The notes beneath the pieces are model-generated. The model worked only from the letters and a program-made list of their open reading frames with translations, made no database searches and was not told the origin of the DNA. Of a stretch of 56,103 nt of DNA, positions 36,210 to 44,755 are shown one piece after another; position 1 is the stretch's first letter, and every line of letters starts with the position of its first letter. Position numbers and translations under genes: made by a program. Source of the DNA: a virus (lineage: Duplodnaviria > Caudoviricetes). The stretch is from positions 1 to 56,103 of IMG/VR virus record IMGVR_UViG_3300034061_003450; one strand, given 5' to 3'.

Positions 36210-37411
36210 CAGTCGAACTCCGGCATTGCCTCAGGCTGCAGCGGCAGCTCGCCCGATGGGTTGCTGAGCAGTTCCTGGATCCGTTCCGCGCTGATCAACT
36301 GCCGACCCTGGCGGCTCTTGCCTTCGGACCATGCGGCGACTGCAGCATTGTCGGCAAGGGACTGCATGACGGCGGAGAACTGATCGGCCGGAACCTGGCT
36401 CAGATCCTCTACTGAGAGGACCGCGCAAACTTCGGAGACGAACGCTTCCGCGCCGACGGCGCCGAGGCGTTTTTCCATCGCGCCGATGATGGTCTCCAGT
36501 TGCTGCTGGCTGATCGGGGCGGGAGTGGGCTCCGCTGCGGGCTCGGGCGTGGTGTCCGTCACCGTCACCGTCACCGGCTCGGCCTCTGCCTGCTGCTCGG
36601 TCGGCTCCTCCTGCTGGGGCAGCAGATGATCGATGGGAGACTCCTGCCTCAGCCCTGCATCCGCCGCGTCATCCGCAGCGACCGCCCGGGCCATCTCGAT
36701 CGAGACCGGCAGCCACTTGAACAGCCGCTTGGTCACCTTCGCCAGCGCCATCGCCTCATAATCCGTGACCCATGGCCCGCTGGTGCCGGACTTGCTCCGC
36801 TTCCGGATGCCCTCCAGTTCGGCGCGGCTCATGACGACAAACTGCGGCCGGTCGCTGTCCGTCAGGTGCGCAACGGCATAAACGAACGTGAGTTTTTTCG
36901 GGTCGTTCCGGTCCGGGTTGCCCCAGTTCGGCGTGTGCTTCAGGTCGCTGTGCAGGCCGAAGATGCACTCGAACTCATCGCCTTCAAACACCGCACGGGC
37001 CTCGATGCTCGCGACACGGCCTGACCGCATCGCCAGATCGATCATGCCGCGGTAGCCCAGCTGGAACTGTGCATCCCGGCCGTAAGGCACCAGGTACGCC
37101 TGCCCCAGGTTGCCGCCGATCTCAAGGCCGAGCTGCGCACACTGGAACAACGCGCCGAGGAGGCTTGCCTGTGAGCACTCGGCGAGCTTCGGGTTCCGGC
37201 GGATCTCGGTCAGCGCAATCCGGAGCAGCCGGTCGGGGTCGAAGTGGCGGGGCAGCGCCAGCTTGATCTGCTCGCTGATCTGCGGACTCCGCAGCAGCGA
37301 CTCGATCGTGCCGGTCTGCTCGCCGGTCTGACGCTGCAAGCTGGCCGGCGGCCGTGTCTGCACTTGCTGAATGGCCCCGTTGCGTGCCGGGGCGGTAGCG
37401 GTTTTGGCCAT
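36209..37411 (-). CDS. recT: RecT single-strand annealing protein
   Basis: AQLGLE, GQAYLVPY, AQFQLGYRGMIDLAMRSG, GPWVTDYEAMA, KWLPVS. Confidence 0.95.
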   Translation of the reverse strand: MAKTATAPARNGAIQQVQTRPPASLQRQTGEQTGTIESLLRSPQISEQIKLALPRHFDPDRLLRIALTEIRRNPKLAECSQASLLGALFQCAQLGLEIGGNLGQAYLVPYGRDAQFQLGYRGMIDLAMRSGRVASIEARAVFEGDEFECIFGLHSDLKHTPNWGNPDRNDPKKLTFVYAVAHLTDSDRPQFVVMSRAELEGIRKRSKSGTSGPWVTDYEAMALAKVTKRLFKWLPVSIEMARAVAADDAADAGLRQESPIDHLLPQQEEPTEQQAEAEPVTVTVTDTTPEPAAEPTPAPISQQQLETIIGAMEKRLGAVGAEAFVSEVCAVLSVEDLSQVPADQFSAVMQSLADNAAVAAWSEGKSRQGRQLISAERIQELLSNPSGELPLQPEAMPEFD

Positions 37412-37460
37412 AAAAACCTAGGTGGGGGTAGAAGGGGGTTTTGATGACCCACCTGCTGCG

Positions 37461-37514
37461 ATACTAACCGGATTCGCTACCGGATGGCAAGCGCGGTCGG
37501 GACCGTTACCGGAT
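37461..37514 (-). promoter_or_regulatory. sigma70-like promoter of the recT operon with three ATCCGGT repeats
   Basis: TTGCCA-18 nt-TAGTAT on the - strand; ACCGGAT at 37467, 37479 and 37508. Confidence 0.6.
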
Positions 37515-37724
37515 GTCACCATGGACACGCCCCCAAGTCGCGGCTATGCCCCTACGATCCCCCGCAGCAGGTTGCAGCGCATGATCATCATCCCCGAAAC
37601 CCCTGGCGAACAGGCGCTTTTGCAGCGGTCCATCTCAGGGCTCCGCTACCTGCTCGGCGGTAGCGTTCCCATCCGCTTCCAGGCTTCCGACGGCGCCCTC
37701 GTGGACGCCTCAGCCGTCGAGCAG

Positions 37725-38465
37725 TTACTGGGCGCTGCTCAGCAGGGGGTGGGCATCAGCCGGAATCCCGTCGTCGTTCAAGGTCCGGACCATCGCCGCC
37801 AGATCCACCAGCTCAGCGGTCAGCTCGTCAACGTCGTAACTATCCAGCCCAGCGACCACAGCCTTGAGCTTGGCGATCCGGCCCGGGTCCCGTGACGGGT
37901 ACGCCCGCAGCAGTTCCGGCAGCCCATCACTGAGCAGCCGGCCGCGATCGGCGCACCACTGCTGGCAATGGCGGGAAATCCAGCGACTCAGGCTGGCGGC
38001 ACCCTCGGCCGTTGGTTTCGCCGCCACGCCAGTCAGCGACAGCCGGCCGATCCATACCAGGAACAGGTCGCCCGCGTGCAACGGCAGCCCCGTCACCGGA
38101 TGCGCCAGCCAGAACGGCTCGTCAGGTTCCCATGGCCGGACCGGCGGGCGTTTCAGGTTTCGATCTGCCATCGCTGCAGCTTCGCCCCGGTCGCAGCCCG
38201 ACAGCCAGGCGAGCGCCAGATTCAACTGGCCGAGGGAGTCGAACAGCTTGGGGCCGGGCCGCAGATACTGCCCGTTCCTAAGCATCGAAATCTGCCCCGA
38301 CCCGAGCCATGAGCGCTGCTCAGGGTATGCCCAGTTGGCCAGATCCTCTAGGTTCTGATTCGACAGGCCATTGCGGGCCATCAGGGCGCGGAATGCCCGG
38401 GTGAATGTGTCCAGTCCGTCGCGGTAGCGCTGATCAGCAGGGCCGAGGGTGTCATGGTTCTCCAT
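37725..38465 (-). CDS. putative HTH (XRE-like) regulator / repressor candidate
   Basis: RALMARNGLSNQNL...SGQISMLRNG...P HTH-like N-terminus. Confidence 0.5.
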   Translation of the reverse strand: MENHDTLGPADQRYRDGLDTFTRAFRALMARNGLSNQNLEDLANWAYPEQRSWLGSGQISMLRNGQYLRPGPKLFDSLGQLNLALAWLSGCDRGEAAAMADRNLKRPPVRPWEPDEPFWLAHPVTGLPLHAGDLFLVWIGRLSLTGVAAKPTAEGAASLSRWISRHCQQWCADRGRLLSDGLPELLRAYPSRDPGRIAKLKAVVAGLDSYDVDELTAELVDLAAMVRTLNDDGIPADAHPLLSSAQ

Positions 38466-38560
38466 GGTTGGCAGTCTGGAGTTCCGGATCACAGCGGGCT
38501 AGGGCGGTCTTAATGAGGATGACCGATCCCCTACAGATCGGCTGCGGTCAAGATACAGCA

Positions 38561-38586
38561 TAAAAGAGGGCCCCCGAGGGGGCCCA
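38561..38586 (-). terminator. intrinsic terminator after the AbrB-like gene
   Basis: gggcccc stem followed by a T-run on the - strand. Confidence 0.7.
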
Positions 38587-38609
38587 TCAGTTGCTCGCAA
38601 CCGCTACCG

Positions 38610-38972
38610 TCAATCGTCGCTGACGGGCTCCAGTGTGATGCGCCCGCGGCTGACGCGGATTTGCAGCGTATGGCCCTCGCGGGCGCCGATCTGCTCCAGA
38701 TACCGGGCGCCAACGACAGCATGACCGACGCCAGTGAGGACGCGGGTCTGATAGGTCAGCGGCCGACCCGGGCGGCCCTTGGCGCGTTCCTTGTCATGCA
38801 GGGCGCCCTTTGCCTGGAGGAGGGCCTCATAGAAGCCGGTGAAGTTGGTGCGGGCCTTACCTTCGGCGGTAGTGCTCACGTATCCAGTCTCCCGGGCGAG
38901 GGTGGTTTTGTTCGCACCCTGCGCGTTCAGTTCGTCCACCTTTGCCAGTAGTGCGGGGCCAGTCAGGGCCAT
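38610..38972 (-). CDS. cyanobacterial AbrB-like (cyAbrB) transcription regulator
   Basis: LTG..LL.KV, ARETGY, NFTGFYEALLQAKG, GRPLTY, VVGARY. Confidence 0.88.
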   Translation of the reverse strand: MALTGPALLAKVDELNAQGANKTTLARETGYVSTTAEGKARTNFTGFYEALLQAKGALHDKERAKGRPGRPLTYQTRVLTGVGHAVVGARYLEQIGAREGHTLQIRVSRGRITLEPVSDD

Positions 38973-39171
38973 CGGGCATCTTGCAGTTCTCGGTAAGGAT
39001 AATAACCACAGCCGCCAGTGCTAGGCGGGGTTTGCGCACTGCGGATAAGTTGACCGACGGTTTGCTATCTGGTCATGCGCACGTCGGTGGATTTGTCGAA
39101 CCTTGGCGACGAGCTTGAGGCGTTGGCGGAGATGCTGGAGAGGATTGAGGAGGGGAGGGGCGCCGATGGGG

Positions 39172-39414
39172 TCACTGAGCCGGAGGAAGAGGAAGAGCCG
39201 GAGGAGTGACCGCCCTGGCATTGGCCATCCGCTGCCGGTTCGCCTCACGCCCGGCCGGCGATCGCTTCCAGCACCGCGAGCACAGCGGCGCCGTCCTGGT
39301 GGAGCGCACCAGCCGCGGGCATTCCAGGCACGGCTGCGGGGCAGCGGGATCGGGGAGTCCGCGCTGGCGGGCCCGGTAGCGGCGGGTCCGGGCGGCGCCG
39401 GTGGGGTCAGACAT
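39172..39414 (-). CDS. basic-helix + C4 zinc-finger protein (paralog A)
   Basis: DPTGAARTRRYRARQ, CLEC, CSRCW. Confidence 0.75.
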   Translation of the reverse strand: MSDPTGAARTRRYRARQRGLPDPAAPQPCLECPRLVRSTRTAPLCSRCWKRSPAGREANRQRMANARAVTPPALPLPPAQ

Positions 39415-39733
39415 CGCCAAGCTCCACCATCGAGGGCCAGTCGGGCATCGTTGAGTCGTAGGCCGCTTCCAGGGCGAACATCAGATCGCAGTCCGGGATC
39501 TCGATGCTGCCGCCCTCAACTGGCCAGTTGCATAGGCCGTTGGAATCGCGGCATCTGGCCAGCACCTCCTCAACGGTGGGGACGCCGGGCCCGAATGTCT
39601 CGCGGATCAGCTTGATTCGTTCATTGATGGGCGTGGCCTGAAATTGCTCGACGGTCATCGTGGCGTCGCGATCGATGTACTGGCGCCACAGATCCCAGTC
39701 GGTGGCCAGTTCGTAGTGGGTGTGAGCGGTCAT
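39407..39733 (-). CDS. hypothetical cargo protein
   Basis: MTAHTHYEL...; follows the conserved leader. Confidence 0.65.
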   Translation of the reverse strand: MTAHTHYELATDWDLWRQYIDRDATMTVEQFQATPINERIKLIRETFGPGVPTVEEVLARCRDSNGLCNWPVEGGSIEIPDCDLMFALEAAYDSTMPDWPSMVELGDV

Positions 39734-39755
39734 GGCAGGCAGTGCAGTGGGGTGG

Positions 39756-39935
39756 TCAGCGGGTGACCTTGTAACCGTGGCGCTCAAGCAGGGCGATGGC
39801 GGCGGCGATCTCGTCGGCGGGGAGTGCCGGCCGGGCCGTGGCGCCCAGCTCGGCGGCCAGGCCGCGGTAGAGCCGCGCATCCGACTCCGCCAGATCGCGG
39901 AGTGTGGAGCGGAGCTGGTCGGCGATGACGCCCAT
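39756..39935 (-). CDS. hypothetical protein (59 aa)
   Basis: MGVIADQLRSTL...LLERHGYKVTR read from the sequence. Confidence 0.6.
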   Translation of the reverse strand: MGVIADQLRSTLRDLAESDARLYRGLAAELGATARPALPADEIAAAIALLERHGYKVTR

Positions 39936-40023
39936 GGGTCGTGGTGCGGGGGGACTTCCCCATTGTGCACCACAACGTCACGGGATGGCCAGGCGTTGCG
40001 GAATGTTGACGGCTTAACCCGCT

Positions 40024-40070
40024 GCCGTCACGGATGCGCTAGGGTATGGACATCGGGAGGGAGGCCTCCC
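40024..40070 (+). promoter_or_regulatory. repeated promoter/operator/hairpin unit (second copy 40821-40867)
   Basis: gccgtcacg..tgcgctagg.ta....catcgg followed by a hairpin in both copies. Confidence 0.75.
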
Positions 40071-40091
40071 AATTCCACCGCACAGCCAGAC

Positions 40092-40292
40092 ATGCTCACA
40101 GCCAAAGAAATGCTCCGCTTCGCCAACGAGTACAGCCCCGAGCAAATCGAAGAGTTTGCCGCCCGCATTCTTGCTAGTACCACCCAGGCAGAACGCACGG
40201 CGATTCTCCGTGAGTTCAACGCCAACCTGCCCGGCGAAGGCGAAAACAACCACCCGCAATCGCTTGCGCTTTTCAACGCCTGCCAGCCATGA
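40092..40292 (+). CDS. hypothetical cargo protein
   Basis: MLTAKEMLRF... downstream of the promoter unit. Confidence 0.65.
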   Translation: MLTAKEMLRFANEYSPEQIEEFAARILASTTQAERTAILREFNANLPGEGENNHPQSLALFNACQP

Positions 40293-40348
40293 CCCCTGCG
40301 GCCCGCCGGGAGCCCATCCCGGCAACCCTTCCCACTGCACTGCCTGTA

Positions 40349-40561
40349 ATGACTGCCACCACGTATCGAGTCGAAGCCCACGACGGCAAGCGCTGGGGAT
40401 TCGGCATCCGGGTCAACGACAACAGCAACCTGCCGGAGTTCTGCAGCTTGACGCTTGCCGAACAGTTCCCCACCCGGGCTGAGGCGTTTGAACTCCGCGA
40501 CCATGCCGCCCGAATCTGTGGCGGTTCGCTCCGGGTTGCTGCCGTCCGCGACGATGCCTGA
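40349..40561 (+). CDS. hypothetical cargo protein
   Basis: MTATTYRV...; follows the conserved leader. Confidence 0.6.
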   Translation: MTATTYRVEAHDGKRWGFGIRVNDNSNLPEFCSLTLAEQFPTRAEAFELRDHAARICGGSLRVAAVRDDA

Positions 40562-40781
40562 CCCCACCAGCGCCGAGCGGAGCCGCCGCTACCGCGAGCG
40601 CCAAGCCGGCCGCCTGGCACCAGCCGTCAAGGTCACGTGCCAGGCGTGCGGCATTCTCCACACCGGCGCCCGTGGCGACCACTGCTCCCGCTGCTGGGAA
40701 CGTGAAACGCCCGAGGGCCGCAGGTTCAAGGCTGGCCGGGTGGCTCGCGCCTACGCCCGCAAAAAAGCCCAAACCGGTTGA
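40554..40781 (+). CDS. basic-helix + C4 zinc-finger protein (paralog B)
   Basis: DPTSAERSRRYRERQ, CQAC, CSRCW. Confidence 0.75.
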   Translation: MPDPTSAERSRRYRERQAGRLAPAVKVTCQACGILHTGARGDHCSRCWERETPEGRRFKAGRVARAYARKKAQTG

Positions 40782-40887
40782 TTGTTACGAGAGATCAACC
40801 TGGCGCCACTGTCTCGCCATGCCGTCACGCGTGCGCTAGGATAAAGGCATCGGAGGGGAGGCCCTCCACCACCACACAACCCCAGCC

Positions 40888-41040
40888 ATGAACTCCAACA
40901 CCATCGTCGCCAAGATCGGTCAAAAGAACGCCGCCGACATGGCCATCAGGTTCAAAGCTCTGAAAATGGGCGCATCGGTCGAAATGATCAACGCCATGGA
41001 CGTGTTCGCCCTCCTCGATTGGATCTCCGACAATGCTTAA
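40888..41040 (+). CDS. hypothetical protein (50 aa)
   Basis: MNSNTIVAK...; follows the second promoter unit. Confidence 0.6.
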   Translation: MNSNTIVAKIGQKNAADMAIRFKALKMGASVEMINAMDVFALLDWISDNA

Positions 41041-41437
41041 TTCATTCCGCGTTTGGATTTACAAAGGGCTCTGGCAAACTGGCTATGAGCCCTACGACAT
41101 GCCAGGAGCCTATGCCAGAACCAGGTACTCGCTTGCGTCAGTCGACAACAGCGGCGTGCCCAAGGACGGCACTTACAAGGGCATCATGATTGCAGACAAG
41201 ACCTTGCGGCTTATTGCCGGTGGTGAATGCCATGGCGGATCTGTTGTAAATCACTTATTTTCTGATTTTCTTGTCGAGTTTGACGACCATTATCACGATG
41301 AGTACAGGCGCGGGCTGGAGCGTGGTTTCAAAGGAAAGCGCTGCTGCTCCGATCGGTATCTTTGCTCCAAGTCCCAAGACTGGAGAGACGGCTACCGAAA
41401 TGGGCTAGAAGCCAAGCTCCAAGCATTAACCGCTTGA
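41033..41437 (+). CDS. hypothetical protein, lower GC
   Basis: Overlapping coupled ORF. Confidence 0.6.
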   Translation: MLNSFRVWIYKGLWQTGYEPYDMPGAYARTRYSLASVDNSGVPKDGTYKGIMIADKTLRLIAGGECHGGSVVNHLFSDFLVEFDDHYHDEYRRGLERGFKGKRCCSDRYLCSKSQDWRDGYRNGLEAKLQALTA

Positions 41438-41444
41438 CTCTCCC

Positions 41445-41468
41445 GCCCCGGCCAGCCCGGGGCTTTTT
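41445..41468 (+). terminator. intrinsic terminator
   Basis: gccccgg-ccagc-ccggggc followed by ttttt. Confidence 0.8.
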
Positions 41469-41477
41469 CATGGCCTA

Positions 41478-41590
41478 CGGTTCCCCCACCGGGTCGGCCC
41501 ATCTTCCGTAAGGGGGGCGGCGTGGTCGGCTCGTGTGGGGTCGGCCTGAAACGCTACCGAAGGCCCGGTACCAGCTACCGAGGAATCCTC
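41478..41590 (+). ncRNA. candidate structured RNA
   Basis: Nested G-U-rich stems with a GUAA tetraloop plus a second hairpin; intergenic. Confidence 0.4.
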
Positions 41591-41600
41591 GGCAGCTCGA

Positions 41601-41786
41601 TCACGCCAGCAACCGCCGCACCGTCGAGCGGCTGCAACCGAGCCGCCCCGCGATCGCGGATTGAGTGAGCCCCTGGCGCCGCCACCGGCGGGCCCGCTCC
41701 TGGCGCCCTTCGCTCAGGTGGGCCAGGACAAGGACAGGAAGGAGCAGCAGGGCAACCGCCCACGCCGCAACGCATGAAATGGACAT
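41601..41786 (-). CDS. membrane-anchored HTH protein
   Basis: TM helix followed by GLTQSAIAGRLGCSRSTVRRLL. Confidence 0.75.
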   Translation of the reverse strand: MSISCVAAWAVALLLLPVLVLAHLSEGRQERARRWRRQGLTQSAIAGRLGCSRSTVRRLLA

Positions 41787-41982
41787 GATCAGTTCGGGGG
41801 TGATCAGCCGCGGCGGCGCTCTCGGCCGGCCGGGGCTGGGAATAGGTGCCAACGGAGAACGCCCGTCCATCCGCTGGCTTCCTGATCATACCCCGGCCGT
41901 TTGCGTTGCGGTGGTGTGTTGCATGAAGTGAACGGGTCCATCGCAGACGGGATAGGGTGGGGGGAGCACTCGCCTATGACCC

Positions 41983-42255
41983 ATGAAGGTCTCAATCACT
42001 CGAACCAGCCCGAACGGGCTGCAGGCTCAATACAACAGCACCATGAGCGCGGCCGCACAGGTCTGCATCAGATGGCGAAACCAGTTCTCTGGCGTCACCT
42101 GCATGTCCATTGATCAGGCCGAAGAACTGCAGGCACTGCTCAATACCCTCCTGTCAGAAGTGGGCAAGACGCGCCCCATGACGCTGGGCGATCGCGTCAC
42201 GCTGGCGACCGTGGAGACCGTCTATGGCTCCGAGCTGCCCACCATCGATGTCTGA
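41983..42255 (+). CDS. hypothetical protein
   Basis: First gene of the recombinase operon. Confidence 0.55.
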   Translation: MKVSITRTSPNGLQAQYNSTMSAAAQVCIRWRNQFSGVTCMSIDQAEELQALLNTLLSEVGKTRPMTLGDRVTLATVETVYGSELPTIDV

Positions 42256-42472
42256 CGGCACCCCCTACGAATGGCAGCCGATCCGCACCGCCTCCACGGA
42301 CGGGACTGAAATCCTGGTGCTGGCTGAATATCAAGGCCTGCGAGAGGTGCACCTTGCTATCGGTGAACGCGGCATGTGGTGGTCGCCGGACAGAGAGCGC
42401 ATCCTGTCGATCGATCCCACCCACTGGATCCCGGCACCGCCCTGGCCTGACGCCGCTGGCTCTGACGGCTGA
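42248..42472 (+). CDS. DUF551-like protein
   Basis: WQPIRTASTDGTEILV...PTHWIPAP. Confidence 0.7.
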   Translation: MSDGTPYEWQPIRTASTDGTEILVLAEYQGLREVHLAIGERGMWWSPDRERILSIDPTHWIPAPPWPDAAGSDG

Positions 42473-42474
42473 GG

Positions 42475-44259
42475 ATGCTCGGCGTCTCTTACTTGCGCTA
42501 CAGCAGCGCCGGCCAATCCGGCGGCACCAGCATCCTGCGCCAGACCGCCAACCCCGAGGCCTACTGCAAGGCCCGCGGCTGGCGGCTGTGGGAAGGCCCA
42601 GCCTATTCCGATCCGGGCGTGAGCGCCTTCGCCGGTGATCACCTGGCTGATGGTGACCTGGGCCGCTTCCTGGCCGACCACCGCGCCGGACGCTTCGGGG
42701 GTGAGCCGGTGGCCCTGCTGCTCGAGGACGTGGACCGATTCAGCCGGGCGTTTCCGCTGGCGGTGCTGCCGGTGCTGGTGGATGACGTGCTCAATGCAGG
42801 CATCACCCTCAGCCTGCTCAGTTTTGATCGGGACTACAGCCGCGAGAGCATCCGCGCCAACCCCCTTGAGCTGCAGGAGCTGCTGATGCGCCTCAGCGCC
42901 GCCCACGAGTTCAGCGAGAGGCTGAGCCGGCGAATCACCTTCGCGCACCAGCAGCGCCGCCAAGCCATCCGCGCCGGCCAGCCCACAGCACCCGGGCAGG
43001 CGCCGTCCTGGCTCAACCTGGGCCCCAGTGGCTGGGAGTTCAACTGGTACGCGCCCATCGTGCGCCGGGCCCTCGCCCTCAGCGCTGAGCACGGGGCCGC
43101 GGCGGTGGCCAGGATCATGAACGCCGAGGGCGTGCCATCCCCGGGCGAGGCGGTGCAGGCCCGGCGCCAGAACAACCCACGCCGCCGCCCCACCGCCGAA
43201 CCCAGGCGCATCCGCTGGACCGCCAGCACCGTGCAGCAGCTGCTGAGCGCACCGCAGATCCGCGGCGCCCGGCCCATCCGCACCCCCGGGCACAGTGCCA
43301 GGCTCCGGGCATGGAAGGAGCGCACCGCCCAACTGGCCCGCCAGGGTGTGGCCCGCAGCGACTGGCCCGCCCGCCCGCAGCAGACATGGGACCAGCCACA
43401 GGAGGCCTACTATCCCGCCCTGCTCACGCCGGCCGAGCACGCCGACCTGCTGGCGATGGTGGCCCGCCGCTGCCCACCGGAAGCCGGCCGCACCGATCGC
43501 CAGCGGTGGATTGCCAGCACCATGACCCGCTGTATCTGCGGCGAACGGATGGGCGCCACCGGCACCACCAGGCTGCAGGCCGCCGGCGTGAAGCGCTTCC
43601 TCTACCTGCGCTGCCGTGGCGCCGGCCGCAACGGAACCTGCTCCGCCCCGCTGGTGCCCATCCCTGTGGCACAGGCCCACCTGCTCACGCGGCTCACCGG
43701 CGATGACTTCGCCGTCATGCTCCAGCGCGATGCCGGCGCCGACCGGGCCCAAGCGCTGGCTGCGGCGATCCAGCACCAGCAGACTGCCGAGCTGGCCGTC
43801 GTCCGCCTCCAGCAGCAGCAACGGGCCGGCGATGCCGCCATGGCCATAGAGACCGACGCCCTGGTGCTCGGCGTGCTGGCCCGGCGCCAGGCCGTGATCG
43901 AGGCCCAGGCGCAGCAGGCTGCCCGGGCGCTGGCTGCGGCTCAGCGTGCGGTCGCGAAGGCGCAGGCGGCACCCTCCCTGGCCGCCCTTGGCGCTGCGGC
44001 ACAGGAGGAGATCCGCCGGACGCTGGCACGGTTTTCTGCTGGTGACGACTCAGAGGATGATCGGCGCATGGTCTGGCGCCACCTGCGGGCGCTGGGTCTG
44101 CGGGTGACGATCGACACGGCAGCGATGCGAATGGCGTTGCAGGTTGGCGACGGGCAGGCGGACTGGCAGCCGATCGATCCGGAGCTGGCTGCTTATGCCC
44201 TGAGCGCTGCAGCCACCGGGGCGGTGTTCGGGGACAACATCGTGTCGTGGGAGACCTGA
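42475..44259 (+). CDS. large serine recombinase (integrase)
   Basis: YLRYSS catalytic Ser, YSDPGVSA, EDVDRFSR, YPALL, zinc ribbon CICG...C...C, coiled coil. Confidence 0.9.
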   Translation: MLGVSYLRYSSAGQSGGTSILRQTANPEAYCKARGWRLWEGPAYSDPGVSAFAGDHLADGDLGRFLADHRAGRFGGEPVALLLEDVDRFSRAFPLAVLPVLVDDVLNAGITLSLLSFDRDYSRESIRANPLELQELLMRLSAAHEFSERLSRRITFAHQQRRQAIRAGQPTAPGQAPSWLNLGPSGWEFNWYAPIVRRALALSAEHGAAAVARIMNAEGVPSPGEAVQARRQNNPRRRPTAEPRRIRWTASTVQQLLSAPQIRGARPIRTPGHSARLRAWKERTAQLARQGVARSDWPARPQQTWDQPQEAYYPALLTPAEHADLLAMVARRCPPEAGRTDRQRWIASTMTRCICGERMGATGTTRLQAAGVKRFLYLRCRGAGRNGTCSAPLVPIPVAQAHLLTRLTGDDFAVMLQRDAGADRAQALAAAIQHQQTAELAVVRLQQQQRAGDAAMAIETDALVLGVLARRQAVIEAQAQQAARALAAAQRAVAKAQAAPSLAALGAAAQEEIRRTLARFSAGDDSEDDRRMVWRHLRALGLRVTIDTAAMRMALQVGDGQADWQPIDPELAAYALSAAATGAVFGDNIVSWET

Positions 44260-44375
44260 GCGCCGGGGAACGCCGACTGCGCGATCTTGAGGGCTGCCTT
44301 CCAGTCGTCAGCGCGGACGGCGCCGCGGCGGCGGGTGCCGTTGGGGAGGGTCAGCAGGATGGGCCAGAGGGTCAT
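44193..44375 (-). CDS. hypothetical protein
   Basis: Last gene of the - strand operon; overlaps the integrase 3' end. Confidence 0.45.
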   Translation of the reverse strand: MTLWPILLTLPNGTRRRGAVRADDWKAALKIAQSAFPGAQVSHDTMLSPNTAPVAAALRA

Positions 44376-44755
44376 GGCTCGACCCTCCGCACATGCAAAG
44401 CCGCACCCGATCCGTTACATGCAGAACATGTCCGATAGGTGGTGCCGCTCGCCGACACTGAGCGGACAGTTTGACCGCTACCGCCGCAGCAATGGCACAG
44501 CCCGGTTTCGCGCTCCCATTTCATTTTGCAAGCTGCAACCTCTGCCGTTGTGATTATAACCCTCTGTAGATCACGCTTCGGGGGGAACTTTGGCATTCCT
44601 TTGCGTGGCCCACGCGAATAGAAACCGATTGGAACTGCTCCGGTCAACTGAAAGCCGAGGTTCCTGTCGAGGCATTCATAGATGCGAGGCTGCCAGTCGT
44701 CGGGGAGGCGATGAACTTCCCGGGCGGTTATGGCGTGGAAGTCTGGTGCGCTCAT
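44372..44755 (-). CDS. protein with DnaJ-type CxxCxGxG zinc finger
   Basis: CHCCGGSG and CSACNGSG. Confidence 0.65.
   Translation of the reverse strand: MSAPDFHAITAREVHRLPDDWQPRIYECLDRNLGFQLTGAVPIGFYSRGPRKGMPKFPPKRDLQRVIITTAEVAACKMKWERETGLCHCCGGSGQTVRSVSASGTTYRTCSACNGSGAALHVRRVEP

Noticed and set aside
37422-37895. + strand ORF (possible Cro-like gene from 37581)
   Set aside because: No recognisable motif and a 170-nt overlap with the convergent gene; left uncalled
42331-43821. 496-aa - strand ORF and many similar long antisense ORFs
   Set aside because: These are shadow ORFs expected in GC-rich DNA opposite well-supported genes
41440-44380. attP site or tRNA near the integrase
   Set aside because: No cloverleaf or convincing att inverted repeat could be identified by eye
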